In this document: piece after piece, positions 56,389-64,000 of the stretch | Layout of the letters: each line of letters starts with the position of its first letter | Position numbering within the stretch: the stretch's first letter is position 1 | Source of the DNA: Nitrospira japonica | GTDB taxonomy: Bacteria; Nitrospirota; Thermodesulfovibrionia; Thermodesulfovibrionales; SM23-35 | Direction: 5' to 3' | NCBI GenBank assembly: GCA_020725385.1 | Contig: DYFC01000034.1 | Span: 1 to 64,000 of the forward strand | DNA length: 64,000 nt | Translations under genes and position numbers: made by a program | The notes under the pieces: generated by a model | The model's input: the letters and a program-made list of their open reading frames with translations, nothing else | Databases searched by the model: none | Told to the model about the DNA's origin: nothing

Positions 56389-56847
56389 TTAAAAATAATC
56401 ATCCCATTTGAATATTAAAGGTTCGGCATCTTTTTTTAGTATTTTTGCATCTGTTACTGTGCCGGTAAAGATTGAATGGTCTCCGGCTTTGAAATCATCG
56501 ATCAGTTTGCATTCAAAGTATGCAACTGCATCCATTAAAACCGGTGAGCCATTTGAAGCATCAAAATAAGGAATATTCTGAAATTTATCATGCTTTCTTC
56601 CACTTTTAAAGCCAAATAGCTTTGCAATCTCTATTTGATTTTTTGAAAGAGTATTAACGGCAAAATAGCCTGATTCTTTAATAAGACCGTGTGTAAATCT
56701 TGCCGGAGCAATTGCAACCATAAGCATTGTTGGCTTCAAGGATACCTGTGATACCCATGCTGCTGTCATTCCATTTATTTTTTCTTTTGTTCTTGTAGTT
56801 ATTATATATACCCCATGAACTATTGCTTTTGAGACAATATCCTGCAT
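56389..56847 (-). CDS. Flavin reductase-like protein
   Basis: NGMTAAWVSQVS..P, FG.KSGR..DKF, GDHSIF.G. Confidence 0.9.
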   Translation of the reverse strand: MQDIVSKAIVHGVYIITTRTKEKINGMTAAWVSQVSLKPTMLMVAIAPARFTHGLIKESGYFAVNTLSKNQIEIAKLFGFKSGRKHDKFQNIPYFDASNGSPVLMDAVAYFECKLIDDFKAGDHSIFTGTVTDAKILKKDAEPLIFKWDDYF

Positions 56848-56862
56848 TTTTAACCTCCTGAT

Positions 56863-57414
56863 TTAGTTATTAGTGTGTAAAGTTTTAATCAATCTGCCTG
56901 TGTCATAATTTTGTTGTTTTAATTTTTCAATTATATTCATATAGAGTTCTTCATCCATTGAAGGCCTGCGGCTTAATATCCAGAGATATTTTCTATCAGG
57001 GTGACCGACTACAGCATATTCATAATCTTTACCGAGATCAATAATCCAATAATGACCCGAGAAAGGCCAGAAAAATGTTACCTTTAACTTTGAATTAGTT
57101 TTGTTATCAACAATTCGCGCAACACCATGAGCTGTTTTGAATTTTCCATCTGGAGAACCTATTTGACATTTGTTCAACACGTCAATTTTACCATCTCCGC
57201 GAATTGTATAGGTGGCAGAAGTATTTATACATCCTTCCTGGAAACGATGAGGGAAACGGGCAATCTCATACCATGTGCCTGTATATTTTGTTAAGTCAAC
57301 ATAGGGAACAGTTTGAAGTGGGACTTCTGATTTCTTAAGGTTCGAAGTGCAGGAAGTTGAATATAAAAGAACAAATGATAAGATTAAAGATATTTTGAAT
57401 CTAAGATATATCAT
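56863..57414 (-). CDS. blc: Bacterial lipocalin (Blc-like) lipoprotein
   Basis: VDL.KY.G.WYEIAR, KV.FFWPF.G.YW, YLWILSR. Confidence 0.9.
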   Translation of the reverse strand: MIYLRFKISLILSFVLLYSTSCTSNLKKSEVPLQTVPYVDLTKYTGTWYEIARFPHRFQEGCINTSATYTIRGDGKIDVLNKCQIGSPDGKFKTAHGVARIVDNKTNSKLKVTFFWPFSGHYWIIDLGKDYEYAVVGHPDRKYLWILSRRPSMDEELYMNIIEKLKQQNYDTGRLIKTLHTNN

Positions 57415-57573
57415 TTTTTGCCTTTTTATAATTTTCCCACAATAACTGCATTATTTCAACAAATTTTTTTAATATCGTATCAGTAGAAAAATGTTCTTCT
57501 CTAAAAGAAATATTTAATATGATAATAAATAAGTTATAATTCATTAATGTATCAATTAGGATAATATATTCGT

Positions 57574-57780
57574 ATGAAGTATTTTTTTATAGAATCTACT
57601 TTAAGATATAGTGATGAAAAAGGTTTTGGTGAAGCATATTATATTCTTTGTCCTGTTTGCTGGAATTCGAGCATAATGTATATTAAATGGGAGGATGGGA
57701 CAGAGGAAACAAGTGAATGTAGAGTGTGTGAAAGAATGCTCAGGATATTAAACAATGAAGATGATTATTCTAATACCTGA
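57574..57780 (+). CDS. Small hypothetical protein with CPVC...CRVC (possible Zn finger)
   Basis: Two CxxC pairs in a 68-aa ORF upstream of rluD. Confidence 0.55.
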   Translation: MKYFFIESTLRYSDEKGFGEAYYILCPVCWNSSIMYIKWEDGTEETSECRVCERMLRILNNEDDYSNT

Positions 57781-57801
57781 TACGAAAAATCTTATTAACC
57801 T

Positions 57802-58725
57802 ATGAATCAAGAATTTATTGTAACATCCTCTGAAGCCGGGCAAAGGATAGATGTCTTTCTCTCTTTAAAGACAGGCATTACCCGTTCACAGATACAAAAA
57901 GCTATCGATAGAGGCGATGTGTTTGTTAGTGGAAAAATTATTGAGAATAAATACAGGATACGACAGGGTGATGTTATTCTGATTAATTTAAAAGAGAAGA
58001 AAGACGAAGGACTTATTCCTCAGAATATACCAATCGAAATTCTTTTTAAAGATGAATATGTCATTGTAGTAAACAAGCCAGCAGGTATTGTTGTCTATCC
58101 AGCAGCAGGGCATGAGGATGGAACATTGATGAATGCAATTACGTATCATTGCGGCACAATTGTAGCGCCAGGTGCTCCATTGAGACCGGGTGTAGTACAT
58201 AGACTTGATAAGGATACTTCAGGCGTTATGGTAATCGCTTTGAACGATATTTCCTATTACAATCTAATTGAACAATTTCGCAAAAGAACAATTAACAGAA
58301 AGTATATAGCTTTGGTTTATGGGATAATGAATGAAGACAGTGGAGAAATAATCAGGAAGATAGGCCGTTCAGAGTCTGATCGAAAAAAAATGTCCACCCA
58401 TGTTAAAAAAGGTAAAGAAGCATTAACACGATGGAGGGTTATCAAAAAATTACCGTTTGCTACAATAATAGAAGCAAAACTCGGAACCGGAAGAACACAC
58501 CAGATAAGGGTACATTTTGCATCTATAGGCCATCCTGTACTTGGAGATAGGGTTTATGGGAAAAAATGTGAGATTCAACTGAAGACAGGCAAGAAGATAG
58601 TTTTCCCGAGACAGATGCTTCATGCAGAGATGCTTGGTTTTATTCATCCCGCAACCAATGAATATCTTGAATTTTCAAGTCCTTTACCCGATGATATGGA
58701 AAAAACAATTAGAGAAATGGAATAA
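57802..58725 (+). CDS. rluD: RluA-family pseudouridine synthase (RluD)
   Basis: S4 domain, RPGVVHRLDKDTSG, TGRTHQIRVH. Confidence 0.92.
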   Translation: MNQEFIVTSSEAGQRIDVFLSLKTGITRSQIQKAIDRGDVFVSGKIIENKYRIRQGDVILINLKEKKDEGLIPQNIPIEILFKDEYVIVVNKPAGIVVYPAAGHEDGTLMNAITYHCGTIVAPGAPLRPGVVHRLDKDTSGVMVIALNDISYYNLIEQFRKRTINRKYIALVYGIMNEDSGEIIRKIGRSESDRKKMSTHVKKGKEALTRWRVIKKLPFATIIEAKLGTGRTHQIRVHFASIGHPVLGDRVYGKKCEIQLKTGKKIVFPRQMLHAEMLGFIHPATNEYLEFSSPLPDDMEKTIREME

Positions 58726-58753
58726 AATAAATTCCAGGAAAATAATCTGCATG

Positions 58754-59065
58754 TCAAAAAGTAATAATTTTATCTGCTTCTTTTACTGATTCATAAAGGT
58801 CATTCATATAGCCTATTGGACACATTTTTGAGCTCACAAGTCCGTGAGCTTTCATACAAACTCCTCAGACAAACATGTTGCCTTTAAATTTATCTATTTG
58901 TTCTTTTACATTGAATTTTTCATCATTAATTTGCTCAAATAAAACTGCTTTCCCGAGCATAAAAACATTTACTTCATCACCCTTTTCTACAGCTATATTT
59001 GCTAATCTCATAGCATTATAGATTTTTTCTGCATCATCGGTACTTAAAATAAATAGGATATTCAT
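58754..59065 (-). CDS. DsrE-family protein, 103 aa with in-frame TGA at codon 67 (probable selenocysteine, UxxC)
   Basis: Read-through of TGA 58867-58865 gives MFV-U-GVCMKAHGL...CPIGYMNDLYESVKEADKIITF, completing the DsrE pattern. Confidence 0.85.
58831..58850 (-). promoter_or_regulatory. Candidate SECIS hairpin of the DsrE-like gene
   Basis: AGCTCAC-[GGACTT]-GTGAGCT perfect 7-bp stem; loop G at +22 after UGA. Confidence 0.75.
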
Positions 59066-59086
59066 TTTATATCCCCCTAAATTTTA

Positions 59087-60169
59087 TTAATCTCCAAAAC
59101 TAATACCCATTGATCTTGCTGTAAGAACTATATCAGAGTCCAGAGGCACTGATTTCATCTGTCCAATTGCTTCTTCAATAGGAACTGCGATTATTTCGGT
59201 AGAACGTACAGCAGCCATCATACCAAATTTACCTGCTTCAACAAGACGAACAGCAGCTGTGCCAAATCTTAAAGAAAGTAATCTATCGAAAGTCGTAGGC
59301 GCGCCTCCTCTTTGTAAATGACCGAGAACTATATCCCTTGTTTCTTTGCCGGTTTTTTTCCCGATTTCTTCTCTTACTTTTCTTCCTATACCACCTAATC
59401 TTACTTCAGAACCTCCTGGCTGTTTGCCTTCAGCAATTGTAATTTCTCCTCCAACAGGTTTGGCTCCTTCAGCAACAACGACAATTGCATAATCTCTTCC
59501 CATCAAAGCAAGCTGTCTGATTTTGTTGCAAACTTTATCAATATCAAAAGGTATTTCAGGAATTAGAATAACATCCGCAGAACCCGAGATTCCTGAATGA
59601 AGGGCTATCCAGCCAACATAACGACCCATTACTTCAACAACCATAACTCTGTCGTGAGATCGTGCTGTAGTGTGAAGACGATCAATTGCTTCAGTAGCAA
59701 TGTTAACAGCAGTATCAAAACCAAAAGTTGCGTCAGTACAGCTAATATCATTATCAATTGTTTTAGGAACACCAATAATTGGCATTCCTTTTTTTAGAAA
59801 TTTATTTGCAATTCTGAGGCTTCCGTCACCTCCGATAGCGATTAATGCGTCAAACCCGAGCGCCTTGAAATTTGAGACAATAATATCCGAAATGTCTGTT
59901 TCAACAACACTTCCATCAGGCTGGTTTACTGCATATTTAAACGGGTCGCCTTTGATTGCTGTGCCAAGAATTGTTCCTCCAATATCTGTAATATCCCAAA
60001 CTGATTCCGGTGTAAGACGAACAATCTGCTTTGTGTCAATCAGTCCTCTATATCCATATTTAATGCCATAAACTTCCCAGCCTTTCTGGTGAGCTGCAAG
60101 AACAATGCCTCTTATTACGGCATTAAGTCCGGGTGCATCCCCCCCGCCAGTATTAACAGCTATTTTCAT
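59087..60169 (-). CDS. pfkA: 6-phosphofructokinase (PfkA family)
   Basis: TGGGDAPGLN, GGDGS, PKTIDND, EVMGR, LGHLQRGG. Confidence 0.94.
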   Translation of the reverse strand: MKIAVNTGGGDAPGLNAVIRGIVLAAHQKGWEVYGIKYGYRGLIDTKQIVRLTPESVWDITDIGGTILGTAIKGDPFKYAVNQPDGSVVETDISDIIVSNFKALGFDALIAIGGDGSLRIANKFLKKGMPIIGVPKTIDNDISCTDATFGFDTAVNIATEAIDRLHTTARSHDRVMVVEVMGRYVGWIALHSGISGSADVILIPEIPFDIDKVCNKIRQLALMGRDYAIVVVAEGAKPVGGEITIAEGKQPGGSEVRLGGIGRKVREEIGKKTGKETRDIVLGHLQRGGAPTTFDRLLSLRFGTAAVRLVEAGKFGMMAAVRSTEIIAVPIEEAIGQMKSVPLDSDIVLTARSMGISFGD

Positions 60170-60681
60170 TTTATAACCTCCACTGCATCTTTTTTAGAGA
60201 CCCTCGGAGGAGGGCTTGGAATTTTTGATGGATAACCAACAGGTACAATTGCAACGGGTCTTAAATAATCCGGCATCTTCAATATCTTATGTACATCATT
60301 TTCATTGAAAGCACCAACCCAGCATGTGCCAAGACTGTTTTCATGAGCAACAAGCATCATGCCCATTATGCTTAATGCAACATCCTGAATTGAATAAAGA
60401 TATACACCCCTTTCCCTGTATTTATATGATATACGGCTGTCTGTACATCCAATGATTACCAGTGGTGCTTCTGCGATAAAATTCTGGTTTAAAGCAGCAA
60501 TAGCAATTTTTTTCTTTATATCACCATTCATAACAAAATAGAATTTTCTCGCCTGTAAATTTCCAGCACTTGGAGCCCAGATTAAAGCTTCTGCAAGTTT
60601 GTCAAGCAAAAAATCGGGGATTTCCTTTTTTTGAAAATCCCTTATGCTTCTTCTTTCTTTAACAGCTTTTAAAATATCCAT
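60166..60681 (-). CDS. Nitroreductase family protein
   Basis: RRSIR.F, APSAGNLQ, LGTCWVGAF. Confidence 0.92.
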   Translation of the reverse strand: MDILKAVKERRSIRDFQKKEIPDFLLDKLAEALIWAPSAGNLQARKFYFVMNGDIKKKIAIAALNQNFIAEAPLVIIGCTDSRISYKYRERGVYLYSIQDVALSIMGMMLVAHENSLGTCWVGAFNENDVHKILKMPDYLRPVAIVPVGYPSKIPSPPPRVSKKDAVEVIK

Positions 60682-60688
60682 TTTTTAA

Positions 60689-61798
60689 TTACGGTTTCCA
60701 GAATTCCTCAAATTTTCCGTTTTTAGTAATCCATACAACGTACGGAGAAACAGTTACATCTCCTTTTGAGTCAAATTTTATTTTTCCGAGAGCAACATTA
60801 AATTCCATTGAATGTAGTTTTTCGGAAATTGCTGCTCCATCTGTTGAATTTGCAGCATTTATTGCTGTTAATAAAATATTTGCTGCATCATAGGCATAAA
60901 TTGAATATGGTCCTATTTCGCCAAATTTTGATTGGTAATTTTTTATGAAATCTTTTGCAGACGGAATATTTTTTGGATCAGGACTAAAAGTAAGATAAGT
61001 ACCTTCGGCAGCAGATGCGCCTGCAATTTCTATGAATTTCGGGTCAATTGTTCCATCACCGCTTAGAAACGGCACATTCAAACCCAGTTCTCTTGATTGT
61101 TTCACAAGAAGACCTGCTTCAGGATATATTCCTCCAAAAAAAACAATTTCAGGTTTCTTTGATTTTACAGTGGTTAATACCATTTTGAAATCTTTATCAC
61201 CTTGAACTATTCCACCATAATATACGACCTTAGCTTTATCACCAATGTGTTTTTTGAATTCGTCAGCCAGTCCCTGTCCATATGTAGTTTTATCGTGTAA
61301 AATTGCTACATTCTTTAATTTAAGCTGTTCGGTGACAAAAACAGCTCCTACTTTACCCTGCTGGTCATCTCTACCGCATACCCTGAAAACATTTTTATAT
61401 CCTTTGTCCGTGAGTTGTGGATTTGTAGAACCCGGTGTAATCATAGGGATTCCACTTCTATTGTAAACATCGGATGCAGGGATAGAACAACTTGAATTAA
61501 AATGTCCGACAACTCCGACCACACCATCATTTATCATCTTATTTGCTATTGAAACAGCTTGTTTAGGGTCATGCTGATCATCTCCTACTATAAGTTCAAT
61601 CTTTTTGCCCAATACCCCGCCTTTTTGATTCCATTCTTCAACCGCAAGTGTAGCTCCGTTTTTAAAATCCATTCCCATTTTTGCCTGATCACCTGTCATC
61701 GGTCCTGCAATTCCAATTTTAATAGTATCTTGTTGCTTCGATTGACATCCGGTGGATATGAAGAATGCAAAAAAAATTAAAATAAAAAATTTTTTCAT
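60689..61798 (-). CDS. Branched-chain amino acid ABC substrate-binding lipoprotein (LivK/LivJ-like)
   Basis: Lipobox STGC, GP.TG, GHFNSS, R..GRDDQQG, YGQGLA. Confidence 0.9.
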   Translation of the reverse strand: MKKFFILIFFAFFISTGCQSKQQDTIKIGIAGPMTGDQAKMGMDFKNGATLAVEEWNQKGGVLGKKIELIVGDDQHDPKQAVSIANKMINDGVVGVVGHFNSSCSIPASDVYNRSGIPMITPGSTNPQLTDKGYKNVFRVCGRDDQQGKVGAVFVTEQLKLKNVAILHDKTTYGQGLADEFKKHIGDKAKVVYYGGIVQGDKDFKMVLTTVKSKKPEIVFFGGIYPEAGLLVKQSRELGLNVPFLSGDGTIDPKFIEIAGASAAEGTYLTFSPDPKNIPSAKDFIKNYQSKFGEIGPYSIYAYDAANILLTAINAANSTDGAAISEKLHSMEFNVALGKIKFDSKGDVTVSPYVVWITKNGKFEEFWKP

Positions 61799-62415
61799 GA
61801 TCTAACCCTCCCTATTGAGTCAAGAAAATATTTAATATTAGTTTTTATATCACCTTTCAATATTCCTGAAGAGACAGCAATACCATCTGCACCGGCATCA
61901 AGAACTGATGCCAGATTTTCCGTGTTAATCCCGCCAATGGCAATTACAGGAATATTCACTATTTTTTTTACTTCCTTTAAAGCTCCTATTCCTTTTGGTT
62001 CACCCGCATCTTTTGTGTTTGTGTGAAAAATTGGACCAAATCCTAAATAATCAGCTCCTGTATCCTGAGCTTCAAGCGCCTCTTCAATTGAGTGTGTTGA
62101 TATACCAATAGTAAATTTTTGTCCAGTGATTTTTCGAGCCTCTTTTAAAGGTAAGTCATCCTGTCCAAGATGAACTCCTTCAGCATCAGAAGCAAGTGCA
62201 ATATCTGTGTGATCATTTATAATTAAAGTCGCATCATATTCAGAAGTTATTTGTCTCAAGTCAACAGCATTTTCGTAAATTGCTCTTCTTGTGTTTTTTT
62301 TGTCCCTGTATTGAATCCATTTAATGCCGCAATCGAGAACAATACGTGTCATCTCTATAAAAGACAGATTGCAAATATTCTGATCGGTAATGAAACAGAT
62401 GCCAGCCAGATACAT
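61795..62415 (-). CDS. thiE: Thiamine-phosphate synthase
   Basis: QYRDK, IND, GVHLGQDD, STH, T.TK, AIGGI. Confidence 0.95.
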   Translation of the reverse strand: MYLAGICFITDQNICNLSFIEMTRIVLDCGIKWIQYRDKKNTRRAIYENAVDLRQITSEYDATLIINDHTDIALASDAEGVHLGQDDLPLKEARKITGQKFTIGISTHSIEEALEAQDTGADYLGFGPIFHTNTKDAGEPKGIGALKEVKKIVNIPVIAIGGINTENLASVLDAGADGIAVSSGILKGDIKTNIKYFLDSIGRVRS

Positions 62416-62419
62416 TGTA

Positions 62420-63781
62420 TTAACCTTCTTTAGTGTTATTGTTATTCTTTTCGATAAAACCTGTATTGAAATTACCGCTAATAAAATCAGGATGGCTCAT
62501 TACTTTTTTATGGAAAGGAATTGTAGTCTTGACCCCTTCTATGATGAATTCATCAAGCGCTCTTTTCATTCTTGCTATAGCCTCATTTCTGTCTTTGCCA
62601 TAGACAATAAGTTTTGCGATCAAAGAATCATATTGTGAGGGGATAACATATCCCTGATAGATTGCTGTGTCTACCCTTACACCCGGTCCACCCGGTAAAG
62701 ACAAGAATGTAATTTTGCCGGGTGAAGGAATAAAACGTTCCGGGTCTTCAGCATTAATTCTGCATTCGATAGAATGACCTGAAAGTTTAATTTGATTCTG
62801 TTTATATCCGAGAGGAAGTCCGGCTGCGAGTTTTATCTGTTCTTTAATAATGTCAATTCCGGTAACAGCCTCTGTAACGGGGTGTTCGACCTGTACACGA
62901 GTATTGACTTCAATAAAATAAATATTTCCTTTATTGTCAACAATGAACTCAATTGTACCTAAGTTACGATACTTTAAAGCTTTTGCAGCTTTTACCCCAA
63001 GCTCTCCAATTCTTTTTCTGAATTTTTCAGTTGTTATAAATGGTGAAGGAGATTCTTCAATAAGTTTTTGATGCCTTCTTTGTATGGTACAGTCTCTTTC
63101 ATGAAGATGAATTATATTCCCTTTATTGTCAGCCATAATCTGGACTTCAATATGTCGTAATTCAGGTATATATTCTTCTATATATACTTCGCTGTTACCA
63201 AAAGCTGTGAGAGCCTCCCTTTGAGCTATAAAGAAAGCCTGCTCAAGAGCCTTTTCTTCTTTTATGATTTTCATTCCATGTCCGCCACCACCTGCTGATG
63301 CTTTCAAGACAATAGGAAACCCGATCTTTTTTGCGACCTTCATGGCAGTTTCTTCATCAGGAATAGGGCCATCGCTACCTGATACTATAGGAACACCTTT
63401 TCTTTTCATTGTCTGTCTTGCCTTGGCCTTGTCTCCACCGAGACGTATATTTTCAGGTGAAGGACCTATAAAAATAATTCCGGATGTCTGGCAGGCTTCT
63501 GCAAAATGATAATTCTCTGCGAGGAACCCGTATCCAGGATGTATTGCGTCGGCGTCAGTAATTTCAGCAGCACTCAAAATTGCAGGAATGTTAAGATAAC
63601 TCTGGCTTGCCTGAGCAGGACCAATGCAGACAGATTCATCTGCAAGACGCACATGTAATGACTCCCTATCGATATCAGAATAAACAGCAACAGTTTTTAT
63701 TCCCATTTCACGACAGGCTCGTATTATGCGTACTGCTATTTCACCTCTATTTGCGATCAAAACTTTCTTAAAAATTTTCAT
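62420..63781 (-). CDS. accC: Acetyl-CoA carboxylase biotin carboxylase
   Basis: [39 protein letters not shown]. Confidence 0.96.
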   Translation of the reverse strand: MKIFKKVLIANRGEIAVRIIRACREMGIKTVAVYSDIDRESLHVRLADESVCIGPAQASQSYLNIPAILSAAEITDADAIHPGYGFLAENYHFAEACQTSGIIFIGPSPENIRLGGDKAKARQTMKRKGVPIVSGSDGPIPDEETAMKVAKKIGFPIVLKASAGGGGHGMKIIKEEKALEQAFFIAQREALTAFGNSEVYIEEYIPELRHIEVQIMADNKGNIIHLHERDCTIQRRHQKLIEESPSPFITTEKFRKRIGELGVKAAKALKYRNLGTIEFIVDNKGNIYFIEVNTRVQVEHPVTEAVTGIDIIKEQIKLAAGLPLGYKQNQIKLSGHSIECRINAEDPERFIPSPGKITFLSLPGGPGVRVDTAIYQGYVIPSQYDSLIAKLIVYGKDRNEAIARMKRALDEFIIEGVKTTIPFHKKVMSHPDFISGNFNTGFIEKNNNNTKEG

Positions 63782-63836
63782 ACTCTTAACATTACTGGAT
63801 TTTTATAAAAAGAGATTAATCAAGTTTGTCGAATAT

Positions 63837-64000
63837 CTATAAAGGTTCTATTAAGAACAAAGGTTCACCATATTCGACTGGCTGTCCATTTTCCACAAGA
63901 ATTTTTACGATTATTCCATCTGTTTCGCTCTCAATTTCATTCATGAGTTTCATTGCTTCAACAATACATAGAACCTGACCTTTTGATACCTTTGAGCCAA
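63837..64000 (-). CDS. accB: Biotin carboxyl carrier protein, C-terminal part (truncated by window edge)
   Basis: Manual translation ...[17 protein letters not shown]...[16 protein letters not shown]; EAMK biotinylation motif. Confidence 0.93.
   Translation of the reverse strand, partial: GSKVSKGQVLCIVEAMKLMNEIESETDGIIVKILVENGQPVEYGEPLFLIEPL

Overview
AT-rich bacterial chromosome segment; gene order and content suggest an anaerobic Nitrospirota (Thermodesulfovibrionia-like) or Desulfobacterota-like organism (inference). 0.1-16 kb: type IVa pilus locus (two tandem pilB, pilT, pilC, pilS/R, pilMNOPQ) with tRNA-Ser, tRNA-Arg and truB. 16-30.8 kb: accessory region of surface-protein genes, two toxin-antitoxin pairs and a DUF559 nuclease gene, interleaved with dense, nested palindromic repeats. 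30.8-43 kb: YbhGFSR-like ABC exporter, LemA/DUF2207, pbpC, nfnAB. 43-54 kb: 11-subunit complex I-like operon without nuoEFG. 54-64 kb: housekeeping genes. Highlights: (1) nuoB has an in-frame UGA at the first tandem Cys ligand of cluster N2, followed by a SECIS-like hairpin; nuoD carries an inserted 2x[4Fe-4S] ferredoxin domain; the operon is divergent from electron-bifurcating nfnAB. (2) A second hidden UGA-recoded gene (DsrE-like, UxxC) has a hairpin in the same register. (3) The DUF559 gene is bracketed by, and partly encoded by, a C5/G5 hairpin repeat family. (4) 24- and 25-nt micro-elements are inserted precisely into REP loops, up to three levels deep. All calls are by eye; novelty is unverified.
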